Assembly (NCBI GenBank): GCA_002104945.1
Contig: MCFH01000050.1
Span: forward strand, 124,001-188,000
DNA length: 64,000 nucleotides
Direction of reading: 5' to 3'
Origin: Piromyces finnis finn
Taxonomy: Eukaryota > Fungi > Neocallimastigomycota
A model generated the notes under the pieces. That model was not told the DNA's origin, searched no databases, and saw only the letters and a program-made list of their open reading frames with translations. This document shows, piece by piece, positions 16,668 through 33,733 of this stretch (positions within the stretch are counted from its first letter, which is position 1; the number at the start of each line of letters is the position of its first letter). Both the position numbers and the translations under genes were made by a program.

Positions 16668-19336
16668 ACATTAGAATCATTTTTATTTAAATAATTACTA
16701 ATATTATTGTTAAAACATTTATTATTATTAATATTGTTGTTATTATTATTATTGCTTATGGGATAATAAGATGTTGATGGTTCATTATTTTTTTTAGAAT
16801 TACTTTGTTCTGGATAAGTTGGTGGAGGTTGATAAATTTGTTTTTCATCCATCTTTGCTGTATTATAATTGTTAAAAGGATTAATATTTCTATGATCTAA
16901 TGAAGGATCTATCATGTTTTTATCATCACCAATTAAACTATAAGAAGAACCATTAGAAAGTGACTGTAAGCTTGTACGAACTGGAGGTGGTAATCCTGAA
17001 GATAAAGATTCTAATGAATCATCCGAGTCAACATCATAATTTGGATCAATATCAGGGAAAAAGTTAATTTTTTTAGAATGACGTTTTATTTTATAGAATG
17101 ATCCATTCCTTTTTTGTTTATTTTCATTGTTATTATTAGAATAATTATTATTATAACTATTATTGTTGTTATTATTATTGTTATTATTATTGTTATTATT
17201 ATTATTGTTGTTATTATTGTTGTTGTTATTATTAATATTATTGTTATTGTTATGGGTATTGTTATCATAATAACTGTTATTTCTACTATTATTACCATTA
17301 TTGTTATTCATGTTACTTTTTTCATTAGAATAAGGTGTATTTACGGATGAATTTGAATTTTTAGATAATAAAGATTTCAGAGTAATTTGAGATATATTAC
17401 TTTGTTGATAACGATCCAAATCATCATTAATAAAGATGATTTCTTCATCATAATTTAAACTTGGATGTCTTGAATGATTTAAGCTTTGGTAATTAAAATT
17501 AGAATTGTGTCGATGATGATTTTTATTTGTATTGTCACTATTTTTCTTATGAAGGCTTGAGTTTTTTATTAATTCTTTTGGAATTGGTAAAGCTTTATCA
17601 TAATGTTTTTTCGATAATTTATGACCCTTTTTGCTATTTTTATTAACCAAGGTTGTACTTGAATTATTGGAATTAGAATGTTTATGGATTTTACCATTAC
17701 TATGATGATGATGATGATGATGACTACTTTTAATTGTATTTGACCTATTATTTTCATTACCATTTGTAGGATTTGATGAATCTGAGTTAATAATTTTATT
17801 TTCTTTGTCCTTCGATGATTGAACGGTAGCATTACGAACAGGAACAACAATTTTTGGTTTATATTGATCTAATTTTTTAAGATTATTTCTTACATTGTCA
17901 TTATAGAGATAGTGTGTAACATCTGAATCACTCCATTGAGCTTTATCAGATTCCACAGTATTTAAACTGAAATGATTATATTTACCAAAAAAAGGTTTTT
18001 TATTGTTATTATTATCATCGATGGAGTATAAGATTGGATCTTTATTATCACTATTATAATAATTTTCATTGTTAAAAGAGGTTGTATGAGGATAATTTTG
18101 ATTATATGGACTCTTTGTATTTATATTTGGATTATAATGCTCAGGTGATTCATATTGATACTCTGGTTGATCATGATAATTATAATTAATTTTATCATGA
18201 TGATTTAATGTATGTTTTGAATTACTTTTTTTTGGATTTTGATTGAAGCCATAGGGTGTTGAAGGGAAATATTTTTGATTATAGGAATCGTAAGGTTTCA
18301 CAGGTAAATCTTCAGCATAATTATTTTTTTTAGGTGTACGATTATATTTTGTAGAAGGATGGTAAGAAGAATAACCGCTACTATTGATTTTATTATAGGG
18401 ATTATATGATTTACTATAACTATAATTAGAATAAGAATTGGATTGGTAATCCTTTCTAAATGGATTTTTTCCATTCATAATAGCCAATTTTATATTTTCT
18501 ATTGAACCATTCCTTCTATAATGAATTACACAAAATACAACTAGCATAGAAATGAAAATAAGAATAAAAATCAAAATAACAAATCCAAATTTTCCTAATC
18601 CGTTATTTTGCATTTCTGTACATAAACTAATATTATTTTTACATTCTGAGTTCCAAAACTGAGAATTATCGGATAGACAAAGACCACTATTATGTTCTAA
18701 TTGGCAAGAAGTTATAGGAAGCGTAAGCATAAGATCAGGTATAGTGCCTTCTAAGTGATTACCATAGAGATATAATGTATTTAACATTGTCAAATTTGAT
18801 ATTGATTCAGGAATAGATCCTTTCAATTTATTTCCAGATAAATTTAATTCAATTAAATGATTAAGATGACCTATTTCCGTAGGTATTCCGCCGGATATAT
18901 CATTATTTATTAATACCAAATGTTCTAATTTTTTCATTTTACCTATAGTATAAGAAAGTTGTTTTATTTTATGTTTTGAAAGGTATAACGATTTTAATTC
19001 TGATAATTCTCCAAATTGTTCAGGAAAATTATCTGACTTAATTTGAAAATCATCATAACCTTGTAACGTAATAGATGTAACTTTTACTTCATTTTGTATT
19101 ACCGTACATTCAACCTTATTTATTATTTCATCATTTCGTTTTTCCATCTCAATATCTTTATATTCTTCATTGATTGCTGTAGTAGTATTCATTGAATGTT
19201 CATTCGATAGGTTTCTTTTTTTTGAATTATTTGAAGAACCCCATTGTATATCACAACAATTATTACCATTCCATATAATATTCATGGAATTTAATTTAAA
19301 CAAATTATTAATAGGTTCACAGTCTCTTGAATACAT
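15973..19336 (-). CDS. Single-pass receptor-like protein: LRR ectodomain, TM helix, long low-complexity cytoplasmic region, SH3 domain
   Basis: LRRs such as LVLINNDISGGIPTEIGHLNHLIELNLSGNKLKGSIPESISNL with Cys caps; TM FGFVILIFILIFISMLVVFCVIHY followed by RR. The SH3 is completed across intron 16446-16365: YYVVRPYKAQRTDEISIHPGDAVNIYKSFDDGWAEGLNKTTNKRGMFPLNFV. True 5' end is uncertain. Confidence 0.85.
16142..16233 (-). repeat. Coding (AAT)n microsatellite, poly-Asn after the SH3 domain
   Basis: About 30 ATT repeats on + within the final exon 16364-15973. Confidence 0.9.
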
Positions 19337-21849
19337 GATGATAATTACTATTTTTTCAATAATTTTAAAAAATTATTCTTTTTCTTTTAAATATATATAT
19401 ATAATATATTAAATAATGTATGATAATATTAATAATATTATGTTTTGTTCTTTTTTAAGATTTTATTTACTTTTTAAAAATATGAATATATTTACAATAG
19501 TTATTCAAAACTATATATTAATTGAGTCATAAATTTAAAATATATATTTTATGAATAAAAAAAGTTCTTTCGATAGTGTTGTTAAAGTATATTACTTTTT
19601 TATAAAAAAAAAAAAAAAAAAAAAAAAAAGAACAAAAAAGAATATTGGCTATGAAAATTCTCTTTTTTTATATATATAGGTCTATTATAAAATAATATAT
19701 TTTATAATACCACAATTTTACTCTTTTATTTTATAATTACTGATATAGCTTTTCTATTTTAAATAATGAATAATAGTTTAATAATTTATTTTAACTTTTT
19801 TTTTTTGTTATATACTATACTGATATATCTTCTTTTAATAATTGAGATAAGAAAAGATATATTATTAAATTAATTTGTTTTTTTGTTAAAGTTAATATTG
19901 TTAGGTGTATATTTAGATAATAGATAAATTCCCAATCTTTAATATTATATTGTATATATATATATTATATTTTAAATATTACTTTTTTTCCTGTTCTAGC
20001 AATATGATTATTGTTGTATAATAATAATGATAATAGTATAGGTTAATATTATTAATTTAGCAATTTCATTTAATAGTGTAACATTTTTTCTTAAAAAAAA
20101 AAAAAGTCTTTTATGATATCTCACTTTTCTTTACCTTTTATGTTTTATTCTCTATAATAATATTTTATGATATTATTTCATTTTAACATAAAAGCATTTC
20201 AATAGATTTTGTAGAAGTAAGATTTTCTACAAATTTTTAATAAAATAACATAAAAGAGATGTAAGAGGAATCTTTAAAAAAAAAATTTATTATGGAATAG
20301 AATAATACAAAGAGTTTTTTTTTAATAATTGAAAATTTTAATTAAATTTTATTTTTGATTTTGAACTTTATAATTACTTTTTATTTATTTATTTATTTAT
20401 TTAGTAGGTATATATAAATGTATTTATATAATATTAAAAATATTAATATCAACTATTAGTTAATAAATGCATAAAAAATATAAAATAAAAATAAAAAATA
20501 TAATTTATTAATATAATATTTAATGAAAAGAATATCTTTTTTTTTTTTAATAGAAAAAAATACATGAGAAATGAAATCAGAACAAGAATTTTAATCTTTT
20601 TTAATTAAAAAAAAAAAATTAATTTTTTTTCATTTTTTTTGAAATTTTAAATTAAATTAATACTATTAAAAATATATATTGAAGGTTAATTAAATTTTTA
20701 AATTTTAAATTATAATAAAAAAATATTTTTAAATGAAGCTAGGAATTGTTTTTAAAAACTTTCTGCATATTTTGACTTTTAATACTACTTTCATACTTTT
20801 ATAAAACAAAATAAAAAGGCATTACATATATATGCATATTAATTTTTTATTTCTAATAAATTAAGGAATTTATTAGAAATAAATACTATATTATCTTTAA
20901 TATTTAGTACAACTTTTATAGTTATTAATTAATACTATTTTAAATTAAGTTTTTTTTTTATAAAACCGACACATGTTGTTAATAATAATCTTTTATTTAA
21001 ATATATGTACTTTTTATATATTAATAGAATTATTTAATTAAAAATAATTAAATATATATGTTTATAATTACATATTATTACAATAAATATAATTAAAAAA
21101 AAAAGTTAAAAAATGTTTTCTACCACTATAATAATATATATTAGGTACTATGCTAAGGCAGTAGTAACTAATAATAATAACTTATAGTGTATTGTATATA
21201 TAACTATATGAAGTAACTCTATTATTACTTTTAATTTTTAAACGATTGTATAAACCTTTTTTCATAAAAGAAAACTTTAATAATGTTTCTTTATATTATA
21301 ATTAAATAAAGTAATAAAAAAGAAAACAGATTTATTAGAATATATTTTTTAAAAGTTACGTATTATTATGTATTATTGTTTAGGTTATGTAATATTTAGA
21401 ATTAAAATATAGCTAATTTTTTTTTCTTTTACTTATAATAATATAATGTAAAATATAAAAAAAATAAACAATAAGAATTTTTTCATTTTACAATTGGTCC
21501 TTTTTACTTTATGAAATTAATATATAATTAACAAAGTAAAAGGCTTTATTTTTTTTTTAAAATTTAAAAGTATAAAATACAAAATATTTCAAAAATTCTT
21601 CATCATTAAACATTTATATTAATAATATGTGTATTTTAAGGATATTTCCATAATGTAACAACTTTGTTAATAGTATTTTATAATATACTCTTATTATAAC
21701 TTTGTTAATAAATTTAAAATAAACCCTTTTTTCTTTTTAATAGTTTTTAATAAATTTAAAATAAACCCTTTTCATATATTATATTTTACCAAAAAAAAAA
21801 AAAAAGGCAAATTTTCTTTTTTTTTAATATACATACCATACCTAAAAAT

Positions 21850-21880
<31 letters not shown>

Positions 21881-22214
21881 AAAAAAAGATGAATGAATTA
21901 TATAATTTGAATGCTTTATTTGCGTTAAATAATTGTTTTCTTTTATTTAAGTAATTCTTTATAAAATTTATTTTGTGTCTAAATAAAATTAAAAACACAT
22001 TTTGAAATGGTAAAATAAGGTGAAACCTTATTTTATTAAAAATTTTAATTATTTATTAGTTTTTTTTTTTTTTTTTTTTTTTTTTATAAAAATACGAAAT
22101 TCATTATAATTAGGTTTATTTTTTGCTTTTATTTTTTCAAAATAAATATACTCGAAAAAGTATATAGAAATATAATACTAGTATTAATAATAAGTATATA
22201 AAAATATATAGAAA

Positions 22215-23480
22215 ATGAATCAAATTCCAGGATACTCACTTTACGAATGTATGATATCATTTCATTTGATGTTAAAGAATATTATATCGATGAATAAATA
22301 AAGAAAATGGAAAAATTTACAAAAACATTATCCTTATTTATATGTCTATACAAGCATTGAGAATAAAGAAAATAATTTTTCAGATAATTTATCTTTAAAA
22401 ACAAATCTTAGAAAAGAATTTATCATTGAACGAATGTTTAACAAAAATTATCAAAGTCTCTGAACCAATGATAAAAACTGAAAATATCAATAAAAAGAAT
22501 TATTTATTATCTTATGGTTATTGGCATAATAATAATAATATATAATATACCTTATTCGGTATAAGTTCATCCCATGCCAAAATTGATTTTAAAGGTTTTT
22601 CCTATATATCAACCATCTTCTTAAACAGTTTTGACCAAACTATCACAATTTATTCTATGGAAAGTATTTATCTGGCATTAGAAGAAAAAAAATTAATACT
22701 ACCAAGAAGGAAGAAAGAGAAGTAATAGTTTAAAAATTTTAATCTTATCAACATCCCTTAAAATTTTATTATGATAAAGTTAGAGAAGATTAGGTTAAAG
22801 AATTCAGAAAAGAAAATACAAAAGATAATACTCTTGAAAATAATCCTGAAAATATTCCTCATTATTTTTTTTTAATCGAAAATAATGACATAAAATAAAA
22901 AGAAATGAAATTAATACACTCATTTTGTAAAACTAGTAAATTGTCTATTTAATCTTTATTATCAGTATCTTTTTTAAAAGCTTCTCTAGAATTATTTCAA
23001 ACTAATTTAAAAGAAGATATTGATATTGTTACTTTTCAAATTATATTTGATGAAAGAATTGTATTGGCAAAAAATAAAAAATGTGTTGGTATATTCCCTG
23101 AAGCCGTCATCCCATATATTTCTATTGATTTAATCAAAGAACTTGACGAAACTAATAAAGAAAAAAGTAAAGGTTCATTGATTACCATTGTTGATTGTTT
23201 AAAAAAATACATTCAAAAAATTTTTTTACAATTCTGAAGAATTAAAAAGATTCAGAATATAATACTATTATCAACATGAAAATTATATTCCAATTGATGT
23301 TTCTGTAGGAGGATCTATTATTGGAAAATTTAATGTTTTTGAGGATTTAACAGAAACTATGAAAAGTAAAACATTAGATTATTACTTCAATGGCGGAAGT
23401 AGAACTCCTTTACTTATAAGGTATACAAATTCATATGTACAGTTTATTTGATGGAAGTTGTAATACGTCTTTAAGGTTTC
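22215..23480 (+). pseudogene. Decayed, apparently intronless gene, probably a CoA-dependent (HxxxD) acyltransferase / alcohol acetyltransferase-like protein
   Basis: Island of codon-like, less AT-rich sequence broken by stops and frameshifts. Fragments: LFGISSSHAKIDFKGFSYISTIFLNSF (HAKID at 22573-22587), FCKTSKLSI*SLLSVSFLKASLELF, FDERIVLAKNKKCVGIFPEAVIP, SVGGSIIGKFNVF, MYSLFDGSCNTSLRF. Family call is by motif order only. Confidence 0.5.
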
Positions 23481-25677
23481 ATTTTCTGCAATGCTTTTAT
23501 TATCGAGTTTTTTTTTATTTTTTATTTATTCATTTATATTATATAATTGTTAAAAGACAAACTTTTATTCCATTCAATAATTATATTCATTCTAATTAAA
23601 TATGAAAAAGGGTATTGCATTACAAAAAAAAAATAGTATATAGAACCTTATTAATTCTAATTCTTTTTCAAATCCTTTTCAAATAAAATTTATAAAAATC
23701 AATATTAAAATTATCTTTAATACTTTAAATAATTATTACAATAATAAAAGTAATGCTTAAATTCTTTTCACACTAAATATAAAAATAAATTATTGTTTTT
23801 TATATAATAAAATATGTGATTATTATGAAGTTATAAAGTTTAAACTTAAATAATATTGAAATAAATAATATATTTAATTTATATTTCTATATCTTTTTTT
23901 TTTATAAAACAGTTTTTATTCTAACTACTATTAACATATTCAGAGTTATAATGGAATTGCTATTTTTTACATTTTACATTATTTAAATGATGTATCAATA
24001 TTGTATACATATTTTATATTTGTATATATATAAATAAATATAAATAATTTAAATAAATAGTATAATGAAAATAAATAAATATTTAAATAAATATATTTGG
24101 TAGACAAAAGAAAAAAAACATAATATAATTTCCATTTTAGGATTATCCTTTTAATATAATATATTAAAAATTTAATTTATTAATTTCATCTTTACATATA
24201 TTAAATAATTTAAAACTAAAGATTTTTGAAAGTATTAAAGCGGCCTATGTTTATTATTATTGTTATTATAATAATAAAAAATAATAAAAAAAAAAAAAAA
24301 TAATAATATCAAATTTAATAAGACAAAGATAAATGGAATAAAAGATTCTTTTTTGTTTGATGTTAATACCTTTTAAAAAAGGTAAATCTAAAAATAAAAC
24401 AAATATAAAAAATAGGGCATCAAGAAAATCATCATTTAAATAAAAACATCTCATAATTTTTTTTAAAAAAAAAGTATGTAAACTTAAAATGTGACATGGC
24501 AGATGCATTTTTAATTTATATTATTTTTTTACTTATTTATTTTATATTTTATTAGATATATTGGAAATTATAAATAGTATTATATAATAAAAAAAATACA
24601 AAAAGCAACATCTTTCTCTAAAAAATATTTATAGATTTTTTAGAATTAAGATAGTTTAATGATCTTTTCATTTTTCAAGATAAAAATAAAAGAGAAATTG
24701 TTTAAATTCCATTACACTCTAAATTTGTCAAAATATTGTAACATTAACATTAATATTAAAAGTGACATGACATTATTACATGTTTTCAGATTTTTTATTA
24801 TAAATATTTCACTGAGTTTTTTTAAGAAAAATACTACTAATACAAATATAATTTGATTAGTGATACTCATTAGTATTGTGAAATAAAATTGATTAATAAA
24901 TAATTTAATTAACAAAGAGCAAAAGTTACATTGTATATATTACAATTATATAGAGTGAGATTTAAGGTGATGTGACCATAGAAAATAAAATAAATTAAAT
25001 AAAAAATAACTATCTCTACAACACGTAGACATTACGTTTACAACACTTTTAATGTATGTTTATATTTTTATAAGATAACCACGTGCATACATAAATATAT
25101 GATATGACATAGATAAATAAAAATATGTATCCATAAATTTTCACAAGTATAATAAAAACTTATTTTTAAAATAAAATTTTTGTTAATTTTGTGTTACCTT
25201 CCGACCATCCATTAGTTTTTTTAAACCAAACTTGAATTACATTTTATTGAAAGTATTATCCAATAATATTGTGATATTTTATTTAAATGTAATTTTAATG
25301 TAGTGATAATTTATGTGTGAAAAGTTTAATACATAAATAATAGAAAATTCATAATAAAATTTAGTAGTGGAGATATAAAATAAAATAATATAATATATTA
25401 TATATTAGAATGTAGTAAACTATATAAACATAATTAAGTTTTAAATATAATGATATTATTACCTTTTTAATGAATCTTGTAAGAATTTAATATAAAAAGT
25501 TACCATATAAATAAATTATTAATTATATATAGCCAATTAAAATAAAAACTATTGATATAAATATTAGTTTAATTTATTATACATTAAATAATGGAAAAAA
25601 TATTACAAATTTAATTTAATTTCCACTACCTGTATATTATTAAATTTTAGAATAATATACTTTATATTATTTAATAG

Positions 25678-25688
25678 TAAATAAATAA

Positions 25689-25751
<63 letters not shown>

Positions 25752-25770
25752 ATGGATAAATAAATAAATA
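25678..25770. repeat. (AAAT)n tetranucleotide microsatellite
   Basis: About 20 AAAT units with minor interruptions, intergenic. Confidence 0.9.
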
Positions 25771-28598
25771 CTTTTTTAAAATATTTTGGTAATAATATTG
25801 GAATCATTATTCAAAATTGCCCTTATTAGATTCTTCATATTAGTTAAAGGTTGTTTTAATATTTCTATTTCTATTTTAAATGAGGGTCAATTTCATTAAA
25901 TAACACCAAAGTAAATGAATGAATCAACGATTTCATTTTATATTTGAGTATTATTACAATAATAAAACAATAATTTTATATCAAATATTTTCATTATCCC
26001 TTTGTTAGCAATAACATAATTCAAATTAGTTGTTTGCTTGAATTGATTCGTATTTACGATTAATGCATAATACATAATACACTTAAAATGCTTTAACAAA
26101 TTATTGAATCTAGTTATTGCGTACAAAAGAGCGGCAATTATTTTTCGATACAACTTAACCATGATTCTTTTTATTTTTGCCTGAAAGTCTGCATATATAT
26201 TGAAATCTACAACTTACTCTTTGGTTGGAAATATTATTGTGAATATCCGCAAATTGAATTATTAATTGGAGTTAAATAATTATAAATATTAAAATTAATC
26301 TTTTTTAATATAGACTACAGTTAATTGTTATCATATATTGCTATTAACTTTAAGAATTTTAACTATATTTATTGAATGATACATTTTATATAAATTATTA
26401 AATATATTTTAATATAATCTAATATATTTCAAAATGAAATAAATAATATATAATATAATATATTTAATATTATACGCAATTCAATTGAGTACTTTTAATA
26501 TTAATTTAATTTATTTTATATTGATTTATAAATATAATAATATATTAAATTAACCTATTTTATATACCTCAAATAAATTGTGTAGTGTAAGTCTATATAT
26601 AATATAAATATATAATCAAATAAATTTATTTTTAAATATAATTTGATTTTAAATATATTTTTATATTGTTTTTAATAGATAATATATTACATCATATATA
26701 AAAAAGAGGAAAAAGTTACTCTAATTAGTATATAACTATATATCACTATATATTAATAATTTATTATATCAAAAATTAATAATAATATTTTTTAACTATT
26801 TAATATATTTCTTTTTTTAAATAGTAATATATATAATATATAATTTAATAAATGATATGAATAAATTACCAAATATATTAAATTATTTTTTATATTAGAA
26901 AGGAGTAAAAAAATAAAAAAAAAGTTTAGTTTAAATAGATTTTTAATCTATCATTTATATTATTACCCTAAACTAAATATGTAAATGAATGAATAAATAA
27001 TAATTAAATAAATAATCTATAAATTAAATCATGAATAGTATAAATTATAATAGTAATAATTTATTTACAAATAAAAACGTTCTATTCAATAAGTATATTA
27101 TTCTCCTTAAAAATATTTATTAAAATATTATATAATTTATTCATTTATTTTTTAATAGAAGATATTGTTATTTACTTTGGGTGGTACTAGTGTAATTCTG
27201 GTTAAGCTTCTGGTATTATAAAATAAATTTTACCACTATTTATATTAATTTTTAAAAAAATATATATTCTTGTACCATGATATTTCAAAATAAAAAATAA
27301 AAAATAAATAAATATTTTTTTTTAATAATAAAGTTTATTAATTATTAAAATTATTATTATTATTTTTAGGAATTCCATTTATTACAAAATACAAAATATA
27401 ATTTTAATTATGAAATGAATTTTTCATAATAATTTTTTTTTTTTATTTTTTATTTTTCAAATATCTCCTTTTTTTTTTTCTTATTCAATTATTTTTTTTT
27501 TTTTTTTTTTTTTTAAAAAAAAAAGTATTAAGTAGAAAATAATTTAATAACATTTTTTTTTTAAAAAAAAATATAATTAATCATAATAATATTATTAAAT
27601 TATTTAAAAAGAAATAAAAACAAAATAGATTATTTTTAATAAGTTTAAATTTCTTTTTATTTAATTTAAATCGATAAAAGAAACAATTGTATATTTTTAA
27701 ATTTTGTATAAAGAAAGTAGACAATCTTATTTAAAAATATATAAATCAAAATATTATTATTACAAATAAATACAACAAAAAAAAAAAAATTTTTTTTTTA
27801 AAAAAAAGAAACTGTATAAAGACAAATTAAAGGAAACAAGAAACAAAAATAAAGGGTTATTATCTTTGTAAATTTTTATTTTTATTATAGATGGAATATG
27901 GTTTGAATGGAAAGAAAGATTAGATTGTTAGGAATCAATTTTTAAAAGGATAAAGTTATTGTTTATAAATTCAAAGATAGAACCGATATTATTTTTATTA
28001 GAAAAGATTATTAAATAATCTAAAAATGATATTTAAAAAACATTTAAAGTTTTTTTTATTTTATTTTAAAAAAAAATAAATTATAATATTAATATTATTC
28101 TTTTAAATAATATATATTATTGTTTTTATAGATTATAAAAAAAAAGGTTTATGTTCTTATAAACATACCCATATTAATATTTATTATAACGGATGTAGTA
28201 AAGAGTAAAACCTTTTTTTTTTAAAAATATATATATACATAATCAAAAAACAGAAACAGAAACAAAAATAAAAGTAAAAATAAAAAAAAAAAGTAAAATA
28301 AAAGTAAATTAGACAATTTTCAATAAGAATTAAGAAAAATATTATAGCAACAGATTAATCGATTTCAGTATTAAAAAATCACATATCTTATATATACTAT
28401 CAATTAAAAATCAACTCTTTTATTCCTTTTAAAGTAAATATAAAGTGGATTTTTTATATATTTTTCAAAAATATCACTTATTACTCGCTTTAATCTCAGA
28501 TTTATTAATTAATGATTCATCATAATTTCAATATATATTCATCATAGGCATATTTATTTTTCATATATTCAAGAATTTTATAATATAAACATATAGCA

Positions 28599-31337
<2,739 letters not shown>

Positions 31338-31802
31338 GGAGAAAACGGATATAAATATTTTAACATATATTTTTATTTTTTTTATATTTAATTAATCTAT
31401 TTTAATCAATAAGTTTTCTAAAAATATTTTATTAATTATCATTTGATAATACATCATATGAATAATTTATACTATTTCATTATTTTTACTATTTTTTTTT
31501 TAAAAAAACAATAATAGTGAAATATTGATATATAACAATCAATACAGTCAAACAATAAAGAAAAACAAAAGAATAATGAAAGAAATGAAAAACTAAAAAA
31601 AAATACATTTACCAAAAGTTAATGCAAGATGAATATATAATAATAAAAAAGTGAAATATAGTATATTTTTTTAATACCTTTTTTTTTACTATATATAAAA
31701 TAAAAAAAGGAAAATAGCATTCCGAATAAAAATAAGGGCAAAACAACATACAAAAAGTCATATATTAGAAATATAATAATAACAATAATAATAATATATA
31801 TA

Positions 31803-31833
<31 letters not shown>

Positions 31834-32328
31834 CACAAAAGAAGAAAATAAATTAAATTCTTCAACTTTTTTTTTCTTTATATATAGATTTGTTACTACT
31901 TTTAATAATTTATAAAAGTAAACAAATAATATGTAAAAGAAAAAATAATAAAATAAAACGTTTCTTTTCTATTTTAAATAGTCATAATTTATCTTATATA
32001 TTTATAAAATTTTAAAAGTACTTATTTTTAATTAAAGCAAAAACGAAAAAAAAAAAAAAAAAAAAAGAATATATATAAAAATTAAAACAAAAAGGTAATG
32101 ATTCACCATGATAGACAAATTTTAAAATAATAATTAAATATATATATATATATTATAAAACAAACAAATTTTATTCTTTATAAAAATTAAAATATATATA
32201 TATTAACATTCAAAAAACAAAAAATATAACAATAATAAATTAGAAAATAACATTATATATAACCTATTTCCTTTTTCTTTTCATAAGATGATAGTATGGA
32301 TTAATATTATTTTATAAATTATATTTTC

Positions 32329-32361
<33 letters not shown>

Positions 32362-33733
32362 TAAAAAAAATTAGAATGTAATAAATAATAATAAAAAAAA
32401 AAAAAGTATATATACAAAAAAAAAAAAAAAAAGATAAACTAAAATAGAAAATGAAAGAAATTAGAATAAAAAATCAATATAATTATAATTAAATAAATAT
32501 ATATTTGAAATATATATAAAATAATAATTTTTTATTTTATATATTCATTCATATTAATAATCTACTTTTTTTATATTTATTTTTTATATAATTACTTCCT
32601 TTTTATTCTTAAAAATATATAAAAGTACCCTTTTTTTTTTTTCAACTATTATTATATAATCATATTGAATATTATTTTTTTTTTTTTTATTTTTTAAAAA
32701 ACAAACAATAACCTATACCTTTTTTAAAAAAATGTATTTTTTTTTTCTTTATTTCAAATTTTTAATATTTTTCTTTTTTTTTTTTCAATTTCATTAAATT
32801 TATGTATTACTTTGCTATTCATATCTAACGTTCTATCAAAGGATAAATAAATAAAATAATTTATATATTTTATAATAATTTTTTTTTTCTCTATGTGTGT
32901 ATACATATGTTTTTTTTTTTTTTTTTTTTTTTTTTTTCCACCCTTTATAAATTTGTGAGTTGGTTCTAAAGTAGTTGTAGCTAATTAGTCAAAATTACTA
33001 GTTCATTTTAAATATTAAAATATTTTTTTTTTTTTTTTTGTTTGTTTAATAGAAATATTAAAATTCTTTAGCTTTTTATTTTATACTTTTTATTTTTGAT
33101 AAAAGAAAAAATAGAACTATTTATATATATATTTAAATACTAATGCTAAGCTATAATATAATTTAAATTGTTATTAATAAAGATTTTCTTTTTTTTTTTT
33201 TTTTAATAAAATATTGTAAAAGAATTAAATTGTAGTAATAATAGTTAGAATGAAATATATAAAAGGGTAATATAATAAAATCTAAATTTTTTTTTTTTTT
33301 TTTTTTTTCAATCTTTTATTAAACATTCTAAATTAAATGAAAAAAAAAAAAAAATAAAATAAAAAGAGAAAAGTAATCTAATAAAAAATCTATTTAAAAG
33401 TAAAAAATATATATATATTAGAACTATTTATATATAATTAAATTATATTTCATGATGATAAATAAAATTATTATCTTGAATATAACTTTCTTCTAATCTA
33501 TTAAAAATAAATAAAATAAAAAAATAAAAAAAAAAAAAAAAAAAATTAAATGGAAAATAATAAATATAATGCTATAGAATGAATTTTTATATAAAATTTA
33601 AAAATAAAATAATTTTAAAAATAAAAAAAAAAAAGATATTTTAATTATATTAAAATAGCTTTAAAGAATAGATTTATTTATATTATAACATGTCATAATT
33701 GTAATTTTTGTTTTGAATTTCTATTGAATTTAA

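Noticed and set aside
17086-17850. Ile/Val-rich ORFs overlapping the LRR-TM-SH3 gene
   Set aside because: Shadow frames of Asn-rich coding repeats.
21660-21772. Local 26-bp direct duplication (ttaataaatttaaaataaaccctttt x2)
   Set aside because: Simple slippage-type duplication in AT-rich DNA with no associated element ends.
25020-25090. CACGTG/ACGT motifs in long AT-rich intergenic DNA, considered as a point-centromere CDEI or E-box
   Set aside because: A single hexamer with no CDEIII-like element is not distinguishable from chance.
25800-26260. Slightly GC-richer patch with a 74-aa ORF, loosely reminiscent of retroelement RNase H
   Set aside because: No convincing catalytic motifs, LTRs or flanking pol sequence could be read. 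A BLASTx would be needed.
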